IMG/VR virus record: IMGVR_UViG_3300022741_000079
Location: 1-34,894 of that record
DNA: 34,894 nt
Source: a virus
Lineage: Duplodnaviria; Caudoviricetes
Strand: one strand, 5' to 3'
Shown here piece by piece: positions 17,322 to 25,060 of the stretch. The notes under the pieces were generated by a model. That model did no database searches. It saw nothing but the letters and a program-made list of their open reading frames with translations, and was not told the origin of the DNA. Both the position numbers and the translations under genes were made by a program. How positions within the stretch are numbered: position 1 is the stretch's first letter; every line of letters begins with the position of its first letter.

Positions 17322-17989
17322 GCAGGCGGCCTCCCCTTGGTGTAGGCAGCACACCATTTCGGAAAAGCGGCATCGGCACTGCGCGGGCGTGGCATCTTCC
17401 CGCTGTTCACGTTCTCGTCGTACACCCGCATGAGCAGCTGGATGTCCCAGCCCGGCGCAGCGCTGCGCGCCCGCACCCGCGCCATGTCGGACAGCAGGTG
17501 GTCGATGCGGAAGGGCGAAGACGTTTTTCCATCTTCTGAAAAACCCCCGCTTGGAGAGTTCTTTGGAGTGTTCAATGGAGAGTTACACTGAACCTCGTTC
17601 AGTGCCTTTACGTCGCGACGTTCAGTGCCTTCCGGAACGACGTTCAGTGCCTTTCCGCGCGAACGCGCTGAACCACGTTCAGCGCGTTTTCCGAACTGGA
17701 AACCATCCGGCAGGCGGGCCATGTACTCGTTCCGCGCCCAGCCCTGACCCCCGAAACCGTGGCGGGCTTTTTCCAGCAGACCGGCCTCGACGGCCAGCAC
17801 CAGATGCGTGCAGACCGCGCGCTCGGACAGGCCGGTATCCAGCGCCTGTTGCCGCGTCGTGGGATAGCAGCACTCGCCAGCTTCGTTCATGTAAATGCTC
17901 AGATTGAGCAGAACAAGCTTCGTCGTGGGCTTCAAAGCCGACCGCTGAACCGCCTGCCGCCAAGACCAGACTTCCACCACAGCCGTCAT
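17318..17989 (-). CDS. Phage replication initiator (N-terminal winged HTH, lambda O-like organisation)
   Basis: KLVLLNLS...CYPTTRQQALDTGLSERAVCTHL...GLLEK...NEY; iterons inside the gene; downstream of cro. Confidence 0.8.
   Translation of the reverse strand: MTAVVEVWSWRQAVQRSALKPTTKLVLLNLSIYMNEAGECCYPTTRQQALDTGLSERAVCTHLVLAVEAGLLEKARHGFGGQGWARNEYMARLPDGFQFGKRAERGSARSRGKALNVVPEGTERRDVKALNEVQCNSPLNTPKNSPSGGFSEDGKTSSPFRIDHLLSDMARVRARSAAPGWDIQLLMRVYDENVNSGKMPRPRSADAAFPKWCAAYTKGRPPA
17586..17688. repeat. Iteron array, putative replication origin
   Basis: CGTTCAGTGCCTT at 17596, 17619 and 17641, variant at 17676; palindromes CACTGAAC-CTC-GTTCAGTG and AACGCGCTGAAC-CAC-GTTCAGCGCGTT. Confidence 0.75.
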
Positions 17990-18102
17990 GCAGCACCTTC
18001 CAGCGCCAAGGCCAAAACAGGAACGCCGCCTCTAAGGGCGGCGGTAATGGTATTCGGTGTATGGAAACCGGCCTTGCAACCGGACGCACGTGGATCGTGC
18101 AT
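17986..18102 (-). CDS. Small hypothetical protein, 38 aa
   Basis: Manual ORF with G-rich RBS; stop overlaps the initiator ATG. Confidence 0.35.
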   Translation of the reverse strand: MHDPRASGCKAGFHTPNTITAALRGGVPVLALALEGAA

Positions 18103-18144
18103 GAAGCCCCCTGAAAAAACTTACGTTTGCACCCCTGCAAAACC

Positions 18145-18166
18145 TTGACTTATTTCGATAAGTCAA
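18145..18166. promoter_or_regulatory. Perfect AT-rich palindrome downstream of cro
   Basis: TTGACTTAT-TTCG-ATAAGTCAA. Confidence 0.5.
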
Positions 18167-18198
18167 TTAGTTATGTTTAGTTTTTAGAGCCCCGTTTC

Positions 18199-18408
18199 TT
18201 AGGCGACGGGTTGGTAGAAATCATTCGCTGTGAAAAAGTCAGGCGCGGTCTTAAGGAACTTTCGGATGACCGACGTTGAGAAGTCCTTCTTCCCGTTCTC
18301 TATCTCGCACAGGTAGCTCGGGGAAAGACCAAGAGCGGCTCCCGCTTGTACAAGCGTGAACCCCTCTCTCATACGCCACGCCCTGACTTTTTCGCAGATT
18401 GCAGTCAT
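18199..18408 (-). CDS. cro: Cro-like XRE HTH regulator
   Basis: VRAWRMREGFTLVQAGAALGLSPSYLCEIENG; divergent from the repressor; ATG 18408. Confidence 0.8.
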   Translation of the reverse strand: MTAICEKVRAWRMREGFTLVQAGAALGLSPSYLCEIENGKKDFSTSVIRKFLKTAPDFFTANDFYQPVA

Positions 18409-18415
18409 GCGTGAA

Positions 18416-18444
18416 AACTTCGCATAGGACGAAATTCGCGTCAA
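18416..18444 (-). promoter_or_regulatory. Lytic promoter (PR-like) with operator TTCGTCCTATGCGAA (18419-18433)
   Basis: Minus strand TTGACG-N17-GAAGTT with the operator inside the spacer. Confidence 0.7.
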
Positions 18445-18470
18445 GCGCATTTTCGCTTATGGGTTATGGA

Positions 18471-18498
18471 TTGACAGAAAGCAAGCCCGCAAGATGCT
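18471..18498 (+). promoter_or_regulatory. Repressor promoter (PRM-like), probably leaderless
   Basis: TTGACA-N16-GATGCT; ATG 18503 follows with no RBS. Confidence 0.5.
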
Positions 18499-18502
18499 CC
18501 GC

Positions 18503-18829
18503 ATGATCCACAGACTGGCTGAACTGCTGAAAGACAGAGGCGCGAAGAAGCGCCTTGCCGACGCGCTGAACAAGCCGCCGAGCATCATCAGCGACCTTTG
18601 CGCAGGCAAGGATCGTCTCAACGACGACCTTATCCGCGACATCAGCGCTGCGCTGAACATTCCCCCGTGGCAGCTCTTCGTGAACCCGCGTGACGTGGTT
18701 CCGCAGGAATACCGCGCGCTCATGGACGACTATCGCCGCCTCGGCCCGGATGACAGGCGCATCGTGGATGCGATCTTCACCGCGGCAAGGCTCACCGACA
18801 ACGGCGCCCCAAAAAAAGCCAAGGCTTGA
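18503..18829 (+). CDS. cI: CI-like XRE HTH repressor with no peptidase domain
   Basis: RLAELLKDRGAKKRLADALNKPPSIISDLC...ISAALNIPPWQLF; divergent from cro; alternative ATG at 18494. Confidence 0.75.
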   Translation: MIHRLAELLKDRGAKKRLADALNKPPSIISDLCAGKDRLNDDLIRDISAALNIPPWQLFVNPRDVVPQEYRALMDDYRRLGPDDRRIVDAIFTAARLTDNGAPKKAKA

Positions 18830-18881
18830 CCAAGCGCGGCAACGTCATCTACCTTTTCCCGAACAGCAAGGAGCCCGCGCC

Positions 18882-19268
18882 ATGGAAAGACTGATTTACC
18901 TCTCGACCATCACTGCCGCCATCGCCACCCTCTTGACAGGCTGCGTCGATGCGCCAAGCGCCGACACCCTGCGTTACGTCGATGCCACCTACGGAAAGGT
19001 CGTCTATCAGGAAGTGACCGACACCGAGGACACATGGCGCGTCTTCGACAACGCGCGCGAAGGCAAGCTCATCGTCACCACAAGCCTCGACACCGCGATC
19101 AGCAGCGGCAAGGCCGAAGGCGCAACCCTCGGTCTGGTGAAGGCCGCGCCGCAGCAGGAGAGCTTCCAGCGCGTGGCCGAAACCTTCTTGAAAAAGCGCA
19201 AGTGCAGCGTCGCTGAATCCCGCAAGATCACCCGCCTCGATTACGAATTCACCTACACCTGCCCGTAA
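18882..19268 (+). CDS. Lipoprotein (candidate superinfection exclusion)
   Basis: Signal peptide with lipobox LLTG-C; AAGGAG RBS; co-oriented behind the repressor. Confidence 0.7.
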   Translation: MERLIYLSTITAAIATLLTGCVDAPSADTLRYVDATYGKVVYQEVTDTEDTWRVFDNAREGKLIVTTSLDTAISSGKAEGATLGLVKAAPQQESFQRVAETFLKKRKCSVAESRKITRLDYEFTYTCP

Positions 19269-19277
19269 CCCCGCGCG

Positions 19278-19547
19278 GTGAAACCGGACTGGGAAGCCAG
19301 GCGCGCACAAAGGCTGCGCCGTGAAAAGCGGGAACGCCACGGGATTCTCTTCACCGTCGCTTTCTGCTTCGTCACCGCCGCGCTATGCGGATTCTTCGGC
19401 ATCATCGAGAGTGACCGCGACAGCCACTTGAACACCTTCCTGACACTCCTGTCCATCCTCGCGGCCAAGGGTTTCTGGCACTGGTTCATGAACAGCGCCC
19501 TCATCGACCGGCTATACGACGACCGGCCGCAAGACCGCGACATCTAG
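19278..19547 (+). CDS. Small two-TM membrane protein
   Basis: Two hydrophobic segments; immunity region. Confidence 0.6.
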   Translation: MKPDWEARRAQRLRREKRERHGILFTVAFCFVTAALCGFFGIIESDRDSHLNTFLTLLSILAAKGFWHWFMNSALIDRLYDDRPQDRDI

Positions 19548-19583
19548 GCCTGCCGCCCATCTGGTCATAATTCGAAACAAAAT

Positions 19584-19636
19584 TTCGTCCCCTGCGAATT
19601 TTTCCCGTTGACTGCTTTTTCGCTCTATGCGAATGT
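19584..19636 (+). promoter_or_regulatory. Early promoter (PL-like) with two operators
   Basis: TTCGTCCCCTGCGAA 19584-19598 and TTCGCTCTATGCGAA 19619-19633; TTGACT(19608)-N17-GAATGT. Confidence 0.7.
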
Positions 19637-19666
19637 TTGCAGGCCAACAACCCACAGGGGGACACC

Positions 19667-19963
19667 ATGACCAACGTCTTTTCCATCCACACCCGCCGCG
19701 CGCTCACCGAACGCGGCCTCACCACCACCGCTTCCATCGTGCCCGGCAGCAACCGCGCCAGCTTCGTTGACCGCGTCCTGCACGCGGCCCGCGCCGGCAA
19801 GGCTGCCTTCCAGATCGGCGACAAGGTCGCTGACAAGCTCGACCCGCAGACCGTCGGGACGGTGCTGAAGGTGCATTACGCGGCCGAGGTCGAATACCTC
19901 GTCAGCTTCGGATGCTTCCGCTGCATCGTCGGCCAGTCCCGCCTGCAGCCGGCAGGTGCGTGA
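19667..19963 (+). CDS. Hypothetical early protein
   Basis: GGGGG RBS; first gene after PL; FQIGDKV SH3-like C-terminus. Confidence 0.6.
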   Translation: MTNVFSIHTRRALTERGLTTTASIVPGSNRASFVDRVLHAARAGKAAFQIGDKVADKLDPQTVGTVLKVHYAAEVEYLVSFGCFRCIVGQSRLQPAGA

Positions 19964-20271
19964 TGACCGAGAAGCAAATCACCGAGGCGTGGAGGGTACA
20001 CGAAGGCGAGGATTATCTGACAGTCTATGTCACGACTTTCACAAACGATCCAACCGTCTTCACCATCAATCACCCGTCCGCTGAAGACCGCCGCCGCGCC
20101 AGCATTGCCGCCGCCGCGCCAGCCATGAAGTCCATCATCGAGAGACTTATTCAATGGGACAAAGATTTTCCGGTCAACTGCCACAACGGCTACGCCGGAC
20201 TGCAGGAGCTAAATAAAATAATTGCGGACGGCGCTGCCATTGTCGCCAAAGCAAAAGGCGGTGCAGCATGA
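19963..20271 (+). CDS. Hypothetical early protein
   Basis: TGATG coupling; ASIAAAAPAM motif common in phage early proteins. Confidence 0.6.
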   Translation: MTEKQITEAWRVHEGEDYLTVYVTTFTNDPTVFTINHPSAEDRRRASIAAAAPAMKSIIERLIQWDKDFPVNCHNGYAGLQELNKIIADGAAIVAKAKGGAA

Positions 20272-20744
20272 CCCAGATCATCACCGAGCAAGCCCTGTCC
20301 AGCGCGAAGATGGAGGACTTCGAGTCCGCCGTCTGCCGCATCGACCACATCCTGCATGTCGCATCCGCCGTCGCCTGCGACAGAGTGTCCGACGAGTTCG
20401 AAGAATTCGCGGAATGGGCGATTGAGGACGACGCCAAGATGCGGCAGGCCTTCATCAAGGCCCTGTCCGAATGGGAAGGCGTGTTCCGCGACATGGACGA
20501 ATACGAACATGACGCGACAGAGCTGCCCGGCATCATGCTCGATTACGGCATCTGCGCCGGATACATCTTCAAACTCAGCACCCCCGTCCCCAAATGGCGC
20601 CGTGACCGCGCTAGTGCCAGCTACTCATGGGGACATACCAAATTCACATGGCTCTATGCTGAAACGCTGGAGGAAGGCGAGCAGGCCTGTCTCGCGTGGT
20701 CCAAAGCATTCTGGGAATCGCAAAAGACGGAGGCGGAAGAATGA
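20268..20744 (+). CDS. Hypothetical acidic early protein
   Basis: 158 aa; ATGA overlap; YSWG...TWLYAETLEE. Confidence 0.65.
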   Translation: MTQIITEQALSSAKMEDFESAVCRIDHILHVASAVACDRVSDEFEEFAEWAIEDDAKMRQAFIKALSEWEGVFRDMDEYEHDATELPGIMLDYGICAGYIFKLSTPVPKWRRDRASASYSWGHTKFTWLYAETLEEGEQACLAWSKAFWESQKTEAEE

Positions 20745-20944
20745 CCGTCGATCCGAACATCGCAAGACGGATGCGCACAGCGCAGGACGAAGAAGCCCTG
20801 ACGCGCAGCGCCGGCCAGATCACCGACCCCTACGAAGACGACGAAGGCATCCAGCCGGAGATGTTCTTCCGCAGCATCGCGTGGTCGCTGGCCATCGGCG
20901 CGTTCCTGATAGCCCTCGCCGTCTGGCGCGTCATCGAAAGCTGA
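20741..20944 (+). CDS. Small protein with a C-terminal TM helix
   Basis: ATGA overlap; SIAWSLAIGAFLIALAVW. Confidence 0.55.
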   Translation: MTVDPNIARRMRTAQDEEALTRSAGQITDPYEDDEGIQPEMFFRSIAWSLAIGAFLIALAVWRVIES

Positions 20945-21027
20945 TTACTACCGCCAACGGCACAGGCGGCCCACTGTGCCGAGAACCCACAGGGAAGGGG
21001 CGGGCCTTAAACCCGCCCCTCTTGAGG

Positions 21028-21423
21028 ATGCTGCTACCGAAAGACCCCGCGCTGCGCGACCGCAAATGGCTGGACGAACTCCGGAACCGCCCCTGCGTCA
21101 TCCTCGGGCACGGATCGCCCGTGCGTGTCGGCGCCCACGTCCGCTGGCGCGGTAACGGCGGCGTCGCCCTGAAACCGTCCGATGACCGTGCTGTGCCACT
21201 GGATAGTGGCCTCCATGTCCGGCAGCACAACATGGGCGAGGTCGATTTCTGGCGCGAGCATCTGCCGCAGAACCCTGCCTTCAAGCGCGCCTGCTGGGCG
21301 GCGCTCCAGCGCACGGGCAACCTTCCCAAAGACGCGCACCCGGACGAGCTGATGATGCTCGCCATCCTCGCGTGGGCCAGTCAGGAATACCGCATCTGGA
21401 AACAACACGGAGCCATGCCATGA
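21028..21423 (+). CDS. DUF968-like (HNH-related) putative nuclease
   Basis: RDRKWLDELRNRPCVI...AHVR...GGVALKPSDDRAVPL...H..QH..GE..FW. Confidence 0.7.
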   Translation: MLLPKDPALRDRKWLDELRNRPCVILGHGSPVRVGAHVRWRGNGGVALKPSDDRAVPLDSGLHVRQHNMGEVDFWREHLPQNPAFKRACWAALQRTGNLPKDAHPDELMMLAILAWASQEYRIWKQHGAMP

Positions 21424-21590
21424 CCCAGTACACCGAAATCGCCGTCCACATCGTCCACGAAACCGACCGCGCCCTGCTGGTCGATGGCGGCTTCGGGCAG
21501 GTCCGGGTACCCAAAAGCCAGATCACGTCATGGACGGCCAACACCATCACCCTGCCGGAATGGCTGGCCAAGAAGAAACGCCTCATCTAG
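21420..21590 (+). CDS. Small hypothetical protein (paralog 1)
   Basis: HETDRALLV...VPKSQ...TLPEWLAKKKRL. Confidence 0.7.
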   Translation: MTQYTEIAVHIVHETDRALLVDGGFGQVRVPKSQITSWTANTITLPEWLAKKKRLI

Positions 21591-21607
21591 CCGAAAGGAG
21601 AACCCCG

Positions 21608-21784
21608 ATGAACCAGACCGTCACCATCCACGCCCGCCGCGTCAAGGAAACCGACAACGCGCTGCTCGTCGAGACGCCGCAGGGCCGGCGCGAATGGCTT
21701 CCCAAAAGCCAGACGAACTGGAGCCAGTACACCACCAGCTATGAAATCCCCCTCTGGCTTGCGCGCAAAAAGCGCCTCGCCTGA
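21608..21784 (+). CDS. Small hypothetical protein (paralog 2)
   Basis: KETDNALLV...WLPKSQ...EIPLWLARKKRL; AAAGGAG RBS. Confidence 0.7.
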   Translation: MNQTVTIHARRVKETDNALLVETPQGRREWLPKSQTNWSQYTTSYEIPLWLARKKRLA

Positions 21785-21868
21785 TTGCGTTTATGTAATC
21801 CCTCTGGGGGGGGTAAATCATCCGGCGGAGCGCCCCCACGCTTCGCCTCACAAGAAGGAACCACCATC

Positions 21869-22099
21869 ATGATCGACCGCCAAATCAAACAGGAACTCGC
21901 CGAAGAACTCAAAGGCCAGTTCATGGCCTTTCACGCTCTCGCCCTGATTAAAACCGTCATCTCGAAGCCCGCAGAAGGCGCGGACATGGATGCAGCCGCA
22001 TCGAAGATGGTCGCCGAACAGGGCAAGGATGCCGCCGTATGGGCCGAGAAGTTCATGGACAAGATCGAGGCCGCCTATGCGGCACGGGTGCCTGCATAA
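21869..22099 (+). CDS. Hypothetical protein
   Basis: AAGGA RBS; MIDRQIKQEL... Confidence 0.6.
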   Translation: MIDRQIKQELAEELKGQFMAFHALALIKTVISKPAEGADMDAAASKMVAEQGKDAAVWAEKFMDKIEAAYAARVPA

Positions 22100-22107
22100 A
22101 CGCTTAT

Positions 22108-22178
22108 GGGGCGGTCGGCGTGGAATGGTGCTAAAAACCATGCCGAGTAATTCCAGCGCACTCGGAGCCGCCCCACCA
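22108..22178 (+). ncRNA. Candidate structured RNA with a tRNA-like acceptor stem and 3' ACCA
   Basis: GGGGCGG/CCGCCCC-A-CCA closing stem around ATGGT/ACCAT and CCGAGT/ACTCGG hairpins; intergenic. Confidence 0.4.
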
Positions 22179-22201
22179 ACCTTTAACAACCGGAGGAATC
22201 C

Positions 22202-22435
22202 ATGACCACCATCAACGACCTGCCCCCCAACGTCCAAGCCCGCCTCGACCAGATGACGGCCGCCTACAAGGCGCTGCACGGCATCTTCGGCGACGGCACG
22301 CACTTCGCGCTGCTCGTCTTCGCGCCGAGCAAAGCGCCCGACAGCCGGCAGGACTTCACCACCAGCTGCGACAACAAGGCCGAAGCCATCGAGGCCATGC
22401 AGGTTTTCATCGACGGCCAAACCGCACGGAGCTAA
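22202..22435 (+). CDS. Hypothetical protein
   Basis: GGAGG RBS; FALLVF motif. Confidence 0.65.
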   Translation: MTTINDLPPNVQARLDQMTAAYKALHGIFGDGTHFALLVFAPSKAPDSRQDFTTSCDNKAEAIEAMQVFIDGQTARS

Positions 22436-22440
22436 CCGCC

Positions 22441-23190
22441 ATGACTGCACAGAAAGCTATAGATAAATTACCCACCCCAGAGCTTCTGCCTTGCCCGTTT
22501 TGCGGGTGTAAGGACATTGACCCAGAAGGTGTTGCCTATTATCCGCAGGGAGACAAGGATAAAGGATTGCACCATGATCCCGCGTGTAATCAATGCAGCG
22601 CAACAACTGCTTATCCATGGAACACCCGCGCCGCGACAAAGCCAGCCGTGCCGCAGCAGATGATCGACATCGTGCAGCAGCTGAGCGCGAATGTTCAGGT
22701 GCTGATGAACGTCATCAAAGACCCGGCCGGCGGAACGGAACCGGCAAAGTGGATGGTTCTGCAAGTAGCGCAAGACACCGTTGACCGGGCAAAAGAGATT
22801 ATCGGAGCGCAGCCACCCAGCCTTCCCTGCGTCTGCTGCGGCAAGCCCGCGCAAACCGCGACACCGGACGATGCAGAGATGTGCCACGAGTGCTTCGGCC
22901 AGTTCAACGCGACAGAATATGGCAACCTGCGCAAGCGCTTCGAAGAGCTGATCCAGCGCGACTACCCTGACGCCGATCTCGAAGACGCGCTCGACCCCTG
23001 CCGGCCGCTGCCGGACAGTCCGATCGCACGGCTGCAGGCAGAGAACGAGGTCATGACCGAGGCCCTGCTCTACTACGCTTCCCCCGAAACCTATGAAGAC
23101 GCGTTCGACCGCATCTTGCGCGACGGCGGGGATAAAGCCCGCGCCGCCCTCGGCAAGCATGACCAAACGCAGGAGACCCGCGCGCCATGA
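22441..23190 (+). CDS. Lar-family restriction alleviation domain protein (mosaic)
   Basis: ELLPCPFCG...CNQCSA...WNTRA N-terminus; second Cys cluster CVCCG...CHEC. Confidence 0.65.
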   Translation: MTAQKAIDKLPTPELLPCPFCGCKDIDPEGVAYYPQGDKDKGLHHDPACNQCSATTAYPWNTRAATKPAVPQQMIDIVQQLSANVQVLMNVIKDPAGGTEPAKWMVLQVAQDTVDRAKEIIGAQPPSLPCVCCGKPAQTATPDDAEMCHECFGQFNATEYGNLRKRFEELIQRDYPDADLEDALDPCRPLPDSPIARLQAENEVMTEALLYYASPETYEDAFDRILRDGGDKARAALGKHDQTQETRAP

Positions 23191-23354
23191 AAGTCTGGGA
23201 ATTGATACAGCGCCTTGAGCGGATGCCTGCCGGTGCCGATGTCCTCATCAGCAAAGGCGAAACAAGCTGGCACGTCCTCGACGTTGATGGTGGCGGCTTG
23301 GAGCAGGAGTTCATCTGCCCCGTGAGCATCTACCCCGGCAGAAAGGACGCCTGA
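23187..23354 (+). CDS. Small hypothetical protein, 55 aa
   Basis: MKVWELIQRLERMPAGADVLI; ATGA overlap. Confidence 0.6.
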   Translation: MKVWELIQRLERMPAGADVLISKGETSWHVLDVDGGGLEQEFICPVSIYPGRKDA

Positions 23355-23356
23355 TG

Positions 23357-23557
23357 CTAGTCGCCCAGAAACCGACGCTCACGCATCGGCGCGACTTCCG
23401 TCTGCCCTGCGCACATCCAGCAGGAGCAGGCGCGGCAATGCACCGCAGCCAGACGCCCGACCTCTCGGACCGATGGCGCGGGCACCCGCCACAGCCGCAT
23501 GACACGGCGGGCGCGGTCCTTCATCCGCTGTTCGTCCTGTCTGCGCCGCGCTCTCAT
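23357..23557 (-). CDS. Small basic Cys-motif protein, antisense to the operon
   Basis: GGAGGG RBS; Arg-rich; HCRACSCWMC motif. Confidence 0.6.
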   Translation of the reverse strand: MRARRRQDEQRMKDRARRVMRLWRVPAPSVREVGRLAAVHCRACSCWMCAGQTEVAPMRERRFLGD

Positions 23558-23604
23558 CCCTCCATTGTGACTCGACCAACCCCCTAAACGAAAGGACCAC
23601 GCCT

Positions 23605-24327
23605 ATGCACGATCCCCATACAGTCGCCTTCGAGATCAAATATCCATGGAAGCGCAAGCCCTGCAAGCTATGGCCAAAGGGATACCGCGCCACCTTCATC
23701 ACAATCTGGCACGTCGATCCCGAGAAGGACGGCACAGACGACAGCTGCGGATGGTTCAAACGCGCGCGCCATGGCGACGAGCAGATGCTCGCACGCATTA
23801 AGAAAGACTTCCGCTTCGATTTCGACCATGGCTGGTTTGCGGAAGACGGCAAACCGCGCCTCTCTACCATCGCTATCGGCCTTGGCATGTTCAGGGTCGC
23901 GGCTTGGGAATTTTACAACCATGACCGCCGCCGTACCGACAGGTTCATGAACGAGTACCTGTACGACATCATTTCCTTCTCGGAAAACAACGTAGACTCA
24001 CTGCACAACTCCATCGTCGGGACGTACGGATTCCCCGACAAGGAAGAGCGGATTTCCTACTTCGCAGCCATTGTCTACGGCTGCCTGCTTCGCTGGACGC
24101 AGCCTTGGTATAAGCATCCCCGCTGGCATGTCTGGCACTGGCGCATCCAGTTCCATCCTTGGCAAAACCTGAAACGCCGGTTCTGGGATCGCTGCTCCAA
24201 ATGCGGGAAACGTGGCTTCAAGCCGGAGCATGGCAGCGCGGTCGGCAACTGGTCTGGTACCGAGATCTGGCATAGCACCTGCGACGGCCAAGCCCAAGCG
24301 GCAAAGCCCGACAAGGAGGCCGCATGA
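23605..24327 (+). CDS. Hypothetical Trp/His-rich protein
   Basis: 240 aa; ITIWHVDPEKDG, HPRWHVWHWRIQ, CSKCG; AAAGGA RBS. Confidence 0.7.
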   Translation: MHDPHTVAFEIKYPWKRKPCKLWPKGYRATFITIWHVDPEKDGTDDSCGWFKRARHGDEQMLARIKKDFRFDFDHGWFAEDGKPRLSTIAIGLGMFRVAAWEFYNHDRRRTDRFMNEYLYDIISFSENNVDSLHNSIVGTYGFPDKEERISYFAAIVYGCLLRWTQPWYKHPRWHVWHWRIQFHPWQNLKRRFWDRCSKCGKRGFKPEHGSAVGNWSGTEIWHSTCDGQAQAAKPDKEAA

Positions 24328-24530
24328 CAATCCCCGCCCACATCACCGACAGCATCGCCCACCACCTCGACCAAATCGGCCGTTTCTTCAAGAACCCGAA
24401 AATCACCCTCGTTGTCCGCGCGCCAGACCTCGCCGATGGCGATCTGGTCATGACGGCCGACAACCTCGATGACGCCATCGCGGCCATCCAGCGCCTGCAA
24501 GCGCGTCAGGCAAAGGCAGGTGCAGCATGA
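24324..24530 (+). CDS. Hypothetical protein
   Basis: GGAGG RBS, ATGA overlap. Confidence 0.65.
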   Translation: MTIPAHITDSIAHHLDQIGRFFKNPKITLVVRAPDLADGDLVMTADNLDDAIAAIQRLQARQAKAGAA

Positions 24531-25045
24531 CCGACAAAACATACTTCATCGTCAAGGAGCCGGGCATGTCACCGCGTGAGATGCGCCCGATAGGTAGCGA
24601 GTTCGAGTTCGCTAAAAAGCTGATCGCTCAATGCCCGGAGGGAACAGCGATTATCCATGTCCTCATCTGCGGGGACAACCTATATGCCGAGGACGCCAGC
24701 ACCTTCGTTGTCATGGTCGAAGCCATGGTGGCGATGAACAAGGAACAGGAGGCTATCGTTGACCGGAACGAACAGCTTCTTCGGCAGATGGTCGGCACGT
24801 ATACCGGCGCATATGTTGCGGACATCCGTCGCTGCCTTTCGGAGGCCGAAGCACCCAGCAGCTGGGCGCCCCTCGAAATCGTAGACAAGCCAACCGGGCA
24901 ATCGCAGGACGAGGACTGGGGCTCCTTCAAACACGTCTTTGTCGACCAGTATCAAGACGGCGGCATGGAGGGCGACAGCTTCGCCGGATACATCTACATC
25001 CCCCTGCCCGACGGCAAATACCTCAAAGCCCACTATTCCTGCTGA
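24527..25045 (+). CDS. Hypothetical protein
   Basis: ATGA overlap; VFVDQY...GDSFAGYIYIPL. Confidence 0.65.
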   Translation: MTDKTYFIVKEPGMSPREMRPIGSEFEFAKKLIAQCPEGTAIIHVLICGDNLYAEDASTFVVMVEAMVAMNKEQEAIVDRNEQLLRQMVGTYTGAYVADIRRCLSEAEAPSSWAPLEIVDKPTGQSQDEDWGSFKHVFVDQYQDGGMEGDSFAGYIYIPLPDGKYLKAHYSC

Positions 25046-25060
25046 CGAAAGGCCCCGCCC

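Noticed and set aside
17586-17688. CRISPR-like array
   Set aside because: Repeats are 13 bp with ~10-bp spacers inside a coding region; better explained as iterons. No cas genes.
18153-18182. dif/XerCD site (TTATGTTTAGT resembles a XerD arm)
   Set aside because: Spacing to the ATAA of a putative XerC arm is 9 bp rather than 6.
22108-22178. Canonical tRNA gene
   Set aside because: Has an acceptor-like stem and CCA but no T-loop consensus or proper D and anticodon arms; kept only as a candidate ncRNA.
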